A stretch of DNA of 64,000 nt from Escherichia phage vB_EcoM_E9.1: sequence record PP886230. One strand, given 5' to 3'. Under the pieces are notes generated by a model. It did not search any database and had not been told where the DNA came from. It was given only the letters and a program-made list of their open reading frames with translations. Made by a program: the position numbers and the translations under genes. Of this stretch, positions 40,672 through 50,095 are shown one piece after another (position 1 is the stretch's first letter; each line of letters starts with the position of its first letter).

Positions 40672-41256
40672 ATGAATGTTATTGATAATAGATTAGTACT
40701 GAAAAATGGAAAAATGACTGTTAAGTTATATAAAGATGAAGCTGATTCTTTTATGGCAAAAGCGATTGAAAAATCAGAACGATATAAACTTTTGGCTCCA
40801 GCAAGTAAATCGCCATATGGTTTTAATCATGCACATAGTCATTTTGTTGGTATGGTGTGTGAGCACGCATCTTTAGTACTTTTTAATGAAATTGAAAACA
40901 ATACTGGTATTAAACTTAATATCGATCCAGCATTCCAAAATGAAGCACGTGACGGTGAATGTGATATTAAGGTAAACAACCTTCGTATTGAAGTAAAAGG
41001 TATCAAGTATAAATCATGGACTGACTTTGGACCATGTGTTAGTACTCGACAGTTAAAAAATATCCAGAAAAAAGCTGACGTAATACTATGGGTATTGTAT
41101 AATGAGAAAAAACAAGAGTTCACGTTTGAGGGATTCAACTATGTAAAAGATATTAGTTCTATCCCAGTTATCCTCACTGGTGTACCAGGGCGACCAATGA
41201 TTGAAAATCACCCAGTACTCGGTATTATGAAACCACTACAGGAGTTACCATTGTGA
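40672..41256 (+). CDS. hypothetical protein
   Basis: Track ORF; RBS TGAGGTG. Confidence 0.55.
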   Translation: MNVIDNRLVLKNGKMTVKLYKDEADSFMAKAIEKSERYKLLAPASKSPYGFNHAHSHFVGMVCEHASLVLFNEIENNTGIKLNIDPAFQNEARDGECDIKVNNLRIEVKGIKYKSWTDFGPCVSTRQLKNIQKKADVILWVLYNEKKQEFTFEGFNYVKDISSIPVILTGVPGRPMIENHPVLGIMKPLQELPL

Positions 41257-41480
41257 TTACTGCAACTGTATATCAAGATATCAATGAAGAATTTCATTCT
41301 AAAATTGCGTTCTTATCATTTCCTGTACTCCCAGTAGTTGGGTCAACGTTGAATCTTACCATTTGTGGGTTTGAGAAATATTATAAAGTTCTAGATATTG
41401 AGTACTGTGCTGATGTATATTCATGTAATAGTGAAATTGCAATTCCAGTATCAATCGATATTATTGTAAAAGAGGTTTGA
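41253..41480 (+). CDS. hypothetical protein
   Basis: Track ORF; GTGA overlap. Confidence 0.45.
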   Translation: MITATVYQDINEEFHSKIAFLSFPVLPVVGSTLNLTICGFEKYYKVLDIEYCADVYSCNSEIAIPVSIDIIVKEV

Positions 41481-41938
41481 TTATGTTTAAGAATTTTATG
41501 GTTATCGTAGCAGTACTGTTTGGTACATCATGTTTTATTTCCCCAGTACACGCAGAAGAACAACGTCAAACTATTAAAACTATTGGGACTGGTAAAACTC
41601 CCCCTAAACGTACTGCTGACGAATACATGCCTGAAATGCGTGAACGTTATCGTCAGACATACAGGGAAAAACATGCTAATGATAAACCCATCAAGAAGCA
41701 TAAATGGGAAGTTGTTAAATCTCCTTCATTTTGTGCTGGATATGCTAAAGTAAAGATTGAGCAGCACAAAAACCAGTACTATAAAGATATGTATTCCTTC
41801 TATGACTCCAGAATTTCTGACACAGATATGATGGCAGGGAAGGTTGATAAAGAAGAATTTCTACAAGGCTATGATATGATGGACGATGACAAAATCATGG
41901 AATGCGTTGAAGTGTATGAAAAATACAGAGGCTTCTGA
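41477..41938 (+). CDS. secreted protein (signal peptide)
   Basis: N-terminal MIMFKNFMVIVAVLFGTSCFISPVHA. Confidence 0.5.
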   Translation: MIMFKNFMVIVAVLFGTSCFISPVHAEEQRQTIKTIGTGKTPPKRTADEYMPEMRERYRQTYREKHANDKPIKKHKWEVVKSPSFCAGYAKVKIEQHKNQYYKDMYSFYDSRISDTDMMAGKVDKEEFLQGYDMMDDDKIMECVEVYEKYRGF

Positions 41939-42414
41939 TGTTAACAATAGTGTTGTTGGTAAGTCCATTTGTGTATTTTGTGCTGTATAATATTTTTAGT
42001 AATGCTAATCATTTTAAATATGCACAAACAATTGCAAAGTATGAAGGTTTTTGGAATTTTTTCCCAGCATTACTATGCTCATATCTATACCATGAACGCT
42101 ATTTCATTTTTCCTGAATATAAAAATTATGGTTATGATTCTAAAGTAAATGGTATAATTGAGTACTGTATAAGAAATTATCTTAATAATAATGATAACGT
42201 CCAAGTAAGAATAGGAAATGGTAATATATCAAGAATAGTTTTCATACCTGATATACAAGATCCAATATACTTATATCCATATGATTATAGTATTAGTGTA
42301 GGTTGTTCGATACATGGTAGTAAATCTATGTACGATTACTTTATCTTACCACCAACACAAATTAGATTAATAGAAAAATATTTGAGGGAAAAGTTTGACA
42401 ACAAAGATTCTTAG
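41938..42414 (+). CDS. membrane-anchored protein
   Basis: Track ORF; N-terminal TM. Confidence 0.5.
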   Translation: MLTIVLLVSPFVYFVLYNIFSNANHFKYAQTIAKYEGFWNFFPALLCSYLYHERYFIFPEYKNYGYDSKVNGIIEYCIRNYLNNNDNVQVRIGNGNISRIVFIPDIQDPIYLYPYDYSISVGCSIHGSKSMYDYFILPPTQIRLIEKYLREKFDNKDS

Positions 42415-42455
42415 TATTATAATTAACACACCAAGTAACCCAAGGGGGATGGAAA

Positions 42456-42914
42456 ATGGATGTATTAGCTACAAATTTCAAACGTAATGTTGAAGAGCGT
42501 GAAGGTTATTTTAGTATTAGTGAAGTTGTCGATGACAATTTTAAACAATACATTTTTAATAGTGCAATTAAATTAAAATGCACAAAAGATTCACCTGATC
42601 GTAGCTTTACTAAATGGATTGCGTATTGGGAAGATTCACCAGTTGCAATTGAAATGACTGTGATTACAACAGTACTTGAAACTGGTTACATCAAAGCCAT
42701 TATAGTTGATAAGAAAGTCCGTACTCTTGATGAAATTAATCCATATCCAGCCCGAAATTCTAAAGTTTTTGGTGTGTTGGTTGATGGTAAATTTATGATA
42801 GAAAAAGATGCAAAGGAATATGTAATTAATAAACTTCAAACTACATCAGAAAAAAAGGAAGTAGTGGACCAAAACTCTGTTGATGCAATCAAAAAAGCAT
42901 GGGGATTAAAGTAA
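42456..42914 (+). CDS. hypothetical protein
   Basis: Track ORF; RBS AGGGGGA. Confidence 0.55.
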   Translation: MDVLATNFKRNVEEREGYFSISEVVDDNFKQYIFNSAIKLKCTKDSPDRSFTKWIAYWEDSPVAIEMTVITTVLETGYIKAIIVDKKVRTLDEINPYPARNSKVFGVLVDGKFMIEKDAKEYVINKLQTTSEKKEVVDQNSVDAIKKAWGLK

Positions 42915-42915
42915 T

Positions 42916-43338
42916 ATGTTCACACTAAGTAATGCAAAATATCTTTTTCTTATTAGTATTATTGGTTGGGTTATGGCTCCAGTGCTAAATGCACTGGGGT
43001 TTTCCGATGAACATAAACTTTTAAATGTTTCAGGTTTAATTCAGGGTATTTCATGGTATACATTAATTACATTTTCAGTGTGCATCAATACATTTGCCCG
43101 TGATTATCGACGTTTGTTATATCTGAAAGTATTTGGAACTACACGATATAGTTTTGTTTACACTTTCATTTTAGTACCGTGTATGTTATATGCATTTGTA
43201 TTTGATTACTATACATATCTATGGGTATGTGGAACTATGTTTGTTATGTTGGAATACATCAGAACTGTTCAAAACTCATATGCCGATGAGTTTCATGATC
43301 TAGAAGTTAAACGAAAATTAACGGAGCTAAACAAATGA
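42916..43338 (+). CDS. integral membrane protein
   Basis: Track ORF; about four hydrophobic segments. Confidence 0.5.
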   Translation: MFTLSNAKYLFLISIIGWVMAPVLNALGFSDEHKLLNVSGLIQGISWYTLITFSVCINTFARDYRRLLYLKVFGTTRYSFVYTFILVPCMLYAFVFDYYTYLWVCGTMFVMLEYIRTVQNSYADEFHDLEVKRKLTELNK

Positions 43339-43760
43339 GAGGCTATAATAAGATTTGTATTTTTGTATTTTTAGTTTGTGCATTCAATTCGTTTGGTTAC
43401 TACTGTACAGAAAATAATATTTCATATGGTTTAAATCCTTTGTGGTTTACAATTTCCAATGTAGCACAAATTGGTATTGCTCTTATGTCTGCACTTATGT
43501 TCTGTCCAATTGTCACTATGGATACTGATCATGAAAGGCTTGGATTTCTCCGTGATACTGGAGACGAACCTTACAGTAGATTGATTGTGTTGTATCCATT
43601 TATTGTTATTTTAGGTACTAACATCCAACTTGGGTCATTATCTAATAGTGTTACATCAGCAGCTATTGCTATATTTGCATTCACATTTTTTATGGTACAC
43701 AAATCAGTACTTAATTGGTATATCACAAAAATGGCAGAAGAAGGTACTAAAAATACTTGA
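43335..43760 (+). CDS. integral membrane protein
   Basis: Track ORF; ATGA overlap. Confidence 0.5.
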   Translation: MRGYNKICIFVFLVCAFNSFGYYCTENNISYGLNPLWFTISNVAQIGIALMSALMFCPIVTMDTDHERLGFLRDTGDEPYSRLIVLYPFIVILGTNIQLGSLSNSVTSAAIAIFAFTFFMVHKSVLNWYITKMAEEGTKNT

Positions 43761-43785
43761 CATAATTTAGTATGTTATATATAAT
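43757..43785 (+). promoter_or_regulatory. sigma70-like promoter
   Basis: TTGACA-N17-TATAAT; -35 overlaps upstream stop codon. Confidence 0.6.
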
Positions 43786-43819
43786 TATTTTGTTAAAAAC
43801 AAATTAGAGTAAGGAACTT

Positions 43820-44071
43820 ATGAACATCGATAAGGTCAAAGAACTTAGTGCTGCACTAATTAAGAATGAAGAAGTTTGTGAAGAACTTCGCAGTACTATC
43901 AAAGTTGAGTACGCACGACTCCAAGGTATGCTTCAAGAATCAGAATGGGTAGTAACTAAATCTATCGAAGCAATCTATAAGGATATCGAATCCCTTTTCA
44001 ACAAGAAAAGTAAGATTGAATCTGATTCATATAACAAACGTAAAGAGTTATCTACTGCACTTGGTATCTAA
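43820..44071 (+). CDS. hypothetical protein
   Basis: Track ORF; RBS AAGGAA. Confidence 0.5.
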   Translation: MNIDKVKELSAALIKNEEVCEELRSTIKVEYARLQGMLQESEWVVTKSIEAIYKDIESLFNKKSKIESDSYNKRKELSTALGI

Positions 44072-44077
44072 AAGTAT

Positions 44078-44106
44078 TTGACATAACAAATAATATGGAG
44101 TACAAT
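44078..44106 (+). promoter_or_regulatory. sigma70-like promoter
   Basis: TTGACA-N17-TACAAT. Confidence 0.55.
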
Positions 44107-44145
44107 GTGCTCCTAATTTAATTATCAGCTAAAAAGGAAAACATT

Positions 44146-44406
44146 ATGAAATCTATTCTCGTTGCAGTTAACCTGGTTGCTTCCCCATCTTTCAACTTCA
44201 AACAAGTTGTTGCTGATAATCTGAAGAAGATCTGTCCAAACGCTGAATTAACTTTCTGTGTGTTTGATTCAGAAAAAGTAACTAAAGTTGATCTAAACTA
44301 TCTTTTGAACGAAGTAAAAAGCGTTTCTGGTGAAAGTAACTTAAAAGTTCTTCATGATATTGCAGAAGATTATGATGACACTCTAGTAATTTCGGAGAAA
44401 TTCTAA
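44146..44406 (+). CDS. hypothetical protein
   Basis: Track ORF; RBS AAAGGAAA. Confidence 0.5.
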   Translation: MKSILVAVNLVASPSFNFKQVVADNLKKICPNAELTFCVFDSEKVTKVDLNYLLNEVKSVSGESNLKVLHDIAEDYDDTLVISEKF

Positions 44407-44411
44407 ATCAA

Positions 44412-44831
44412 ATGATTACATTCATTCAGTACTTAATCATTAAATTTTTTGGCTATTATACGATTGAAGGCAAAGCTACACTCGCACATAAAATCTTTGT
44501 AGCATTATGTACGGGTGATTATGACGTATTGAATAAGTACTGTAAATCGCAAGCATGTATTGATATAATGGCACTTCGTATCTATGAGTGCCAGTTCAAT
44601 AGATATAATTTTTACCAGTACAGATTTGATAAAGAAGAATTTGATAGCATCAAAATGCTAAAGAATTTATGTAACAATAAAAAGAATATGCATATATCAG
44701 AATTTGTTGCTTTGTATTTTTATTTAAAAAGTTCATTGTATATGAACACGATGCAAAGATTCGATACTAGAATTAATGTATTCACCGATAAAGAATTTTA
44801 TATATACGATAAATTCTTAGATAAGGTTTAA
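44412..44831 (+). CDS. hypothetical protein
   Basis: Track ORF. Confidence 0.5.
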   Translation: MITFIQYLIIKFFGYYTIEGKATLAHKIFVALCTGDYDVLNKYCKSQACIDIMALRIYECQFNRYNFYQYRFDKEEFDSIKMLKNLCNNKKNMHISEFVALYFYLKSSLYMNTMQRFDTRINVFTDKEFYIYDKFLDKV

Positions 44832-44832
44832 T

Positions 44833-45330
44833 ATGACAACTGTTTATATTGATAAACGATTAAATTTATTGATTACCGATTCTAGAGTTACGTCAACTAT
44901 ACCACGAAACTTATTTGGTTTTTTCCCACTAAGACCAAAATATCAATATGGAGTTGTTAATCAAAAAACTTTATATGTACATGACCGTTTATTCAGTGCT
45001 AGTGGGGTAGTAAGTGAAATTGATAAAGTACTGGATTGGTTAATTAATAAAGTACCAGTTATACCTGACAGAAAGTTAAGTTGCCATTGTGTGCTTCTTT
45101 CTAAAGATTATGTTATTCATATGATTTTAACTAAAGGAAAGTTTATTAAAAAACTTGAATATCTACATGAAGACTACACTTTCTTTATGGGAAGTGGTGG
45201 TGAATACATGCTAGATGCTGCTATTCATGAAGAACATACAACTTTATATGATAAAGTGTTTAGTACTTTCATGGATGTGCACAACCATGATTGCTTCACA
45301 GATGATAATATTAATGTATATCGATTTTGA
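44833..45330 (+). CDS. hypothetical protein
   Basis: Track ORF. Confidence 0.5.
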   Translation: MTTVYIDKRLNLLITDSRVTSTIPRNLFGFFPLRPKYQYGVVNQKTLYVHDRLFSASGVVSEIDKVLDWLINKVPVIPDRKLSCHCVLLSKDYVIHMILTKGKFIKKLEYLHEDYTFFMGSGGEYMLDAAIHEEHTTLYDKVFSTFMDVHNHDCFTDDNINVYRF

Positions 45331-45351
45331 TTTCGTCATTAGGAGATGTAA

Positions 45352-46317
45352 GTGAAAAAGCTTGATTTAAATACAATTGCCGAAGAAGTTCTGGATGAAT
45401 GTTTTGCTAATGAAGAAGTCAACACACTAGAAGCCTTAGATTTCGTTGAAGATAAAGATGATAATGAAGGTAAAGTACAAAGCAGTTTCAAATATAATAT
45501 TACACTTAAGCGACCACCAAATGTTTCCAATGAAGATCTAATTCGTGATATTCAAGCTGGTATCAATGTAAAGAAAAACACTGAACTGTTAGTTCGTTAC
45601 AATTATGGACTGATTATTGATGTAGCAAGTAAATGTACTTGTTATATCCCATTTGAAGATAAGATTTCATATGGTGTTGAGGGGTTCATGAGAGCACTAA
45701 AAACCTTTGATCTTAATAAGAATGTTAAGTTCATTACCTATGCTTCTTCTAGTATTTACATGACAGTCTATAACGAAAGTTCTGACGCTAACTATATGGT
45801 ACACTTCCCACGTTATATGAGTGTTCATAAGATCAAAGTAAAAAGATTCTGCCAGGAATATATGCGTAAACATGGTGTTCGCCCAACACCTGAAATAATC
45901 TCAGAGGGTACTGGGATTGAGATTCAGCATGTTAATAATTGTTTGTTATTTCAAAGCGAATACACTTCGCTGGATGCACCATTAGACGGTGTTACAGATG
46001 GTACATTAGGTGACATTATTCATTCACCTGCTTCTGATTTTAACCTCAATGTTGATAGTATCCGTGCACCTTTGCGTTATGCTATCAATGAACTGACCAA
46101 CGAATTGAGTACTAAAGAACGTGAGATTATCCAGCGTGTTCATGGTCTAGGTGAATATGAACCTGAAACGCTTCGTGAGATTGCTGATAATGGTTTTGTT
46201 GATGATAATGGAAAATATGTTAAATCCCGTTCATCAATACATCGAAAGTACAGTGAAGCTATGCAAAAGCTTAAGAAGTTAGTACTTGCAAAAGGGTACG
46301 AATACGAAGATTTCTAA
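45352..46317 (+). CDS. sigma-70-family RNA polymerase sigma factor
   Basis: Region 2-like ELLVRYNYGLIIDVASKC...VEGFMRALKTFD...FITYASSSIY...HFPRYM; region 4-like KEREIIQRVHGLGEYEPETLREIADN; GTG start 6 nt after AGGAG. Confidence 0.65.
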   Translation: MKKLDLNTIAEEVLDECFANEEVNTLEALDFVEDKDDNEGKVQSSFKYNITLKRPPNVSNEDLIRDIQAGINVKKNTELLVRYNYGLIIDVASKCTCYIPFEDKISYGVEGFMRALKTFDLNKNVKFITYASSSIYMTVYNESSDANYMVHFPRYMSVHKIKVKRFCQEYMRKHGVRPTPEIISEGTGIEIQHVNNCLLFQSEYTSLDAPLDGVTDGTLGDIIHSPASDFNLNVDSIRAPLRYAINELTNELSTKEREIIQRVHGLGEYEPETLREIADNGFVDDNGKYVKSRSSIHRKYSEAMQKLKKLVLAKGYEYEDF

Positions 46318-46324
46318 AGAACAA

Positions 46325-46350
46325 GGGTTGGCTTATGCCAACCTTTTTTT
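46325..46350 (+). terminator. intrinsic terminator
   Basis: AAGGGTTGGC-TTAT-GCCAACCTT hairpin followed by TTTTTTT. Confidence 0.7.
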
Positions 46351-46351
46351 A

Positions 46352-46380
46352 TGGGATGAAGTAAAAGTTTGTGATATAAT
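46352..46380 (+). promoter_or_regulatory. promoter, extended -10 with TGGGAT -35-like element
   Basis: TGGGAT-N17-TGTGATATAAT; same architecture as the tRNA-Ser promoter at 30080. Confidence 0.45.
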
Positions 46381-46874
46381 TATCTTGTACAATTCTGTTG
46401 GCATGATATTCATGTACCTGATCCACTCGAAAACGTAGAGGGCAGTTGAGCAGTCCGACAGTGCGAACAGCAAAAGAAACCCGTTAGATGTGGGCATAGT
46501 TTGAACCCCTCACGGCAATGCGGCTGTATAAAGAACCACGTTAGGATAGCTGGTGGTTCCTTGATAGACATATAAGGATAACACCTTACGAATTATCTAA
46601 GGGAGAGTTATCGAATTTTGTACAGGAAAGTTGCGTCCAAAATTTGAGTACTCACATTAAGTATTTGATTGCATAGATACTTAATGAAGATACACTATGT
46701 TTAAAAGTGTAGACCGTCATATGAAACTGAAGTAGAGAGAAACAGGATGACCCGCTTTCGCACTCTTTATGAGTAATCTTCAATGCAATAGCTCTGATAC
46801 CATCAGCGTCAAATTTCCCTCCTTGTGGGGGGAAGAAAAATCCCTTCCTCAAATCCCGTCAATATTAAAAGTCC
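46381..46874 (+). ncRNA. candidate large structured ncRNA (identity unknown)
   Basis: ~490 nt with stops in all three + frames, visibly GC-richer than flanks, local hairpins (e.g. GAACCAC...GTGGTTC), bounded by promoters at 46352 and 46875. Confidence 0.3.
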
Positions 46875-46903
46875 TTGACAGTTATTAATCATTCGCGTAG
46901 AAT
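46875..46903 (+). promoter_or_regulatory. sigma70-like promoter
   Basis: TTGACA-N17-TAGAAT upstream of CDS 46968. Confidence 0.5.
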
Positions 46904-46967
46904 ACGTAGTATTAGAAGCGAACAGACATCTCGAAGAGATGGATGATTAACCATTAAGGAATATCAA

Positions 46968-47177
46968 ATGAATTCAGTAATCTTTTTAGTAGTCGCTTTC
47001 TCTGTTAATTCCGGTGTACAAATAACCCCAATGAATTCCATGAATCAATGCATAGCAGTACGTGATAGTACATACGAACAAGTAAACAAAGATATTTGGA
47101 TTACAGTTAGTAAAGAACAAATGTGGTGTTACAATAGTAATACTAACACAAAGCTTATTGTAGGACAAACTCAATGA
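46968..47177 (+). CDS. small protein with N-terminal hydrophobic segment
   Basis: Track ORF; RBS AAGGAA. Confidence 0.4.
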   Translation: MNSVIFLVVAFSVNSGVQITPMNSMNQCIAVRDSTYEQVNKDIWITVSKEQMWCYNSNTNTKLIVGQTQ

Positions 47178-47404
47178 GTTATGGCGTTCGTTTTGAGATT
47201 CGTTCTATTGTCATCAATGCAGAGAAACAAGTATCGTTGGATGGTGATATACGTGAAATTTATCTATCATGTATCCGTGCGAAATCTGAAGCAGATGCCT
47301 TAGTACAAATGTATAGTTTTAACTTTTCAAATGGATTCTATTTGGTACGAGTTATTGAAGTGAAAAAAGTACTTATTGGTTGTAGCATAGAAGGATTAAT
47401 GTAA
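47174..47404 (+). CDS. hypothetical protein
   Basis: Track ORF; ATGA overlap. Confidence 0.45.
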   Translation: MSYGVRFEIRSIVINAEKQVSLDGDIREIYLSCIRAKSEADALVQMYSFNFSNGFYLVRVIEVKKVLIGCSIEGLM

Positions 47405-47405
47405 A

Positions 47406-48194
47406 ATGAGCACTATAGATGAACTGATTCGACGGAATTCAAAATATTACCAACCATCAGAAATTGTAGGTAACATTACCAAATCAGAGTTTGGTCCAAA
47501 TACTCGAAAACTCATTCATGTAATGTCACGTGATGGCTTTAAATGTGATTGTTGCGGTGAATCTAATGTAGTATTCACTTTACACAAGCACAGTACTAAA
47601 GATCGTTATAAATTCAGACCTTATGTACTTAAAGGGAAACGCCTTGTACGCATGACGTTAGACCATAATGTACTGGACTGTCTTCAGGGCGGTAATGATA
47701 AAGAGAACATGACTGCACTGTGTGAAGATTGTAACGCATTACGCCAGCATAAGTTTGCTGAATACAGTGAGTTTAAACACTGGTATCATAACGCGGATCG
47801 TTCAATCGAGCCTGACGTTAACTACTGCTTCATTGAGTACATTAAGAATGCCAAAGATACATACATTCTTAAATCAATGTCACCTATTACCGTGTTTCCT
47901 GAGAACCTATTCACTACATTAAAGAATAGTTTTATTGTGGGTGATATTGATGCATTCAAGTATTTTGACAAAGGTGCAAAACATTTTGAAATTCAATGTC
48001 TTAGTACTGCACTATGTGAACTCATTAAAATTTACATAAAAGAGTATTTGGGTATTGACAATGTACGTGTACCAGAGTATACTTTTTCTATTGAATTCGA
48101 TTGTGAATCAATCAAAGAGTTTGGAATTCTTTTCAATAAACAAATAGAACTTGCAATTCAAAACGAAATCAAGTACTATACTACTAACATTTAA
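47406..48194 (+). CDS. HNH endonuclease (homing-endonuclease-like)
   Basis: FKCDCCGE...TLDHNVLDCLQGGNDKENMTALCEDCNALRQH fits the HNH Cys/His/Asn pattern. Confidence 0.7.
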   Translation: MSTIDELIRRNSKYYQPSEIVGNITKSEFGPNTRKLIHVMSRDGFKCDCCGESNVVFTLHKHSTKDRYKFRPYVLKGKRLVRMTLDHNVLDCLQGGNDKENMTALCEDCNALRQHKFAEYSEFKHWYHNADRSIEPDVNYCFIEYIKNAKDTYILKSMSPITVFPENLFTTLKNSFIVGDIDAFKYFDKGAKHFEIQCLSTALCELIKIYIKEYLGIDNVRVPEYTFSIEFDCESIKEFGILFNKQIELAIQNEIKYYTTNI

Positions 48195-48209
48195 TCAGAG
48201 GAAATTATC

Positions 48210-48392
48210 ATGCAAATTATCATTCTTATCGTTGGCATCATGCTGGGTGTTTACGGTCACTCCTGGATGAACGAGAAGTTTCCTAATACGCGTCCTGAGT
48301 ATTGCAGTACTAATGTATTCCAGAATGGTGAGAAACCAAAGGAAAGCATTGGTAAAAAGCTGGATAAAGTACTTGATGTGATCAATGAATAA
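48210..48392 (+). CDS. small membrane-anchored protein
   Basis: Track ORF; RBS GAGGAAA. Confidence 0.4.
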   Translation: MQIIILIVGIMLGVYGHSWMNEKFPNTRPEYCSTNVFQNGEKPKESIGKKLDKVLDVINE

Positions 48393-48402
48393 GGGCCATA
48401 AA

Positions 48403-48603
48403 ATGTTTAAACCGAATTCCAATGTTGGTAAGAAAGTTCAATTACTTGAAGATGTATCCACCATGAGTGGAATTTTCCCAAGAGGTCACATCATGACTAT
48501 TATTGCCGAAACATCCCGTGGGTGGGATTTGGAAGATGCTGATGGTAATCGCATCCTTGAGGCTGGATTCTATGGTCATCGTGAATATAAAATCGTTGAT
48601 TAA
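48403..48603 (+). CDS. hypothetical protein
   Basis: Internal ATG of track ORF 48385..48603 behind AAGGG. Confidence 0.45.
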   Translation: MFKPNSNVGKKVQLLEDVSTMSGIFPRGHIMTIIAETSRGWDLEDADGNRILEAGFYGHREYKIVD

Positions 48604-48612
48604 GGATACAAC

Positions 48613-48696
48613 ATGACTTTAGAGATTGTCTTTGGTATTGTTAGCTTAGTCGTCTGTGTGGGTTGGTTTGGGTATCTGATGATTTTTGGTGATTAA
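48613..48696 (+). CDS. small hydrophobic peptide (27 aa)
   Basis: Below track cutoff; RBS AAGGA; MTLEIVFGIVSLVVCVGWFGYLMIFGD. Confidence 0.35.
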   Translation: MTLEIVFGIVSLVVCVGWFGYLMIFGD

Positions 48697-48699
48697 TAC

Positions 48700-48727
48700 T
48701 TGACATAAGATATCAGTACTGTATAAT
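48700..48727 (+). promoter_or_regulatory. sigma70-like promoter
   Basis: TTGACA-N16-TGTATAAT. Confidence 0.6.
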
Positions 48728-48772
48728 GTTTATATCAAACGAAATCCACTTTAACAAATGATAGGAAATATT

Positions 48773-49051
48773 ATGTCTTTTTCTAAAGAAGAACGTGACC
48801 TTATTAAAAAAGCAATTTGGTTTTATGCTAATGAAGGGAAGTGCGATGAAGAAAAAGCACGTGAACTGTGTAATATTCTTGAGAAGAAACAAGAACTGAA
48901 AGTGTATCGTATCCGTGATTTGGATGAAGGAGATCGTATTGTCCTAGCTGAAACAAAAGAAGAAGCAGAACAAATCTTCACTGATAAAAACGAAAATCCA
49001 CATTGGATGGAAGAAGTCTGTGATGTTAAAAAAGGTACTTATATCGATTGA
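48773..49051 (+). CDS. hypothetical protein
   Basis: Track ORF 48758..49051; ATG 48773 behind TAGGAAA. Confidence 0.5.
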   Translation: MSFSKEERDLIKKAIWFYANEGKCDEEKARELCNILEKKQELKVYRIRDLDEGDRIVLAETKEEAEQIFTDKNENPHWMEEVCDVKKGTYID

Positions 49052-49170
49052 CAGTACTGAATAATAGCAGTATTATGTTTTATATAAAAGGGAATGCAGT
49101 GAAAGGAAAGACAGCATAATCGTACTCGTCACTGCGTTCCCGCCCTTTTAAATTAAATGAGGAATTAACT

Positions 49171-49479
49171 ATGTTTCAAACTAACACTCAAGGTTTTGTA
49201 ATCATCGATTTGAATCAAAACAGCGGTCATTGGATGAAACCTACTGACGCATGTATGCAGTTTGATTTCTTAGGTTACAAAATTAGTGTAAGTACTGGTG
49301 CTTCTGTACTGAGAGGTGGTTGTATCGTTGAACATCTGGTAACTGATCCAGAAGGTCGTGAGTATGAAATCGCAGGTTCAGTACAAGATGCCATTATGTT
49401 TGTATGTCAGCGTGAAATGAATGGTTCGAATTCAAATGCACTGACTCATGCTCTTTCTCAAGAAGTGGAGGTTCGTTAA
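49171..49479 (+). CDS. hypothetical protein
   Basis: Track ORF; RBS TGAGGAA. Confidence 0.5.
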   Translation: MFQTNTQGFVIIDLNQNSGHWMKPTDACMQFDFLGYKISVSTGASVLRGGCIVEHLVTDPEGREYEIAGSVQDAIMFVCQREMNGSNSNALTHALSQEVEVR

Positions 49480-49724
49480 TGAAATACATTGTAGCAGTAC
49501 TCGTCGCATTTCTACTCACTGCATGTGATGCTTCTACCAAAGAACGTACAAGTGATTTTGTTCTACCTGCTGAATTAAAAGAAGCAGGGTGTAAGATTTA
49601 TCGTATGCAACAAGATGGTGCTGGTGCGACTTTATACACTGTGTACTGTCCTAATGCAAATACAAGTACTGGATACACTAGCGGTAAAACACGAATCAAC
49701 ACTTCCGTAATTCATGGAGAATAA
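49479..49724 (+). CDS. putative lipoprotein
   Basis: Signal peptide + lipobox MKYIVAVLVAFLLTAC. Confidence 0.5.
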   Translation: MKYIVAVLVAFLLTACDASTKERTSDFVLPAELKEAGCKIYRMQQDGAGATLYTVYCPNANTSTGYTSGKTRINTSVIHGE

Positions 49725-49726
49725 CA

Positions 49727-50095
49727 ATGAGCCTTGATACAACACGTGCAGCAGATTTATTAACTCGTCTGAATGATGAAGAATATCTTGCTGAGATAAA
49801 GTACAAGCTTGACAAACTTGTTCGAAGTGCTGAAGTAATTGAAGTTGAAGGTCACTTACCGATGGATCAATACCATAGGTTCAAGGAAGATATGGTTTAT
49901 TATCCTAATGAAATTTGGATTGAGTGGCAACATTGGACTAACAAAACTCTTCGCATTGAAGGGTATTGTGTGAAGTATGAAAGTTCACCTGGTGATGTTA
50001 CAAAAACTCTATCAATTTGGTGTACAAAAACAAATGAACTCGTTGAGGTGAATTTGAATTATATGAATGGATTCCGTTGGGGTGATGTTAAATGA
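49727..50095 (+). CDS. hypothetical protein
   Basis: Track ORF. Confidence 0.5.
   Translation: MSLDTTRAADLLTRLNDEEYLAEIKYKLDKLVRSAEVIEVEGHLPMDQYHRFKEDMVYYPNEIWIEWQHWTNKTLRIEGYCVKYESSPGDVTKTLSIWCTKTNELVEVNLNYMNGFRWGDVK

Noticed and set aside
40672-41256. PD-(D/E)xK nuclease assignment based on DGECDIKV...RIEVKG
   Set aside because: Motif match is short and non-specific; left as hypothetical protein.
46381-46874. Group I or group II self-splicing intron (given the nearby HNH endonuclease)
   Set aside because: No interrupted host gene (the upstream sigma gene ends with stop codon and terminator) and no recognisable intron core motifs by eye; kept only as a candidate ncRNA.
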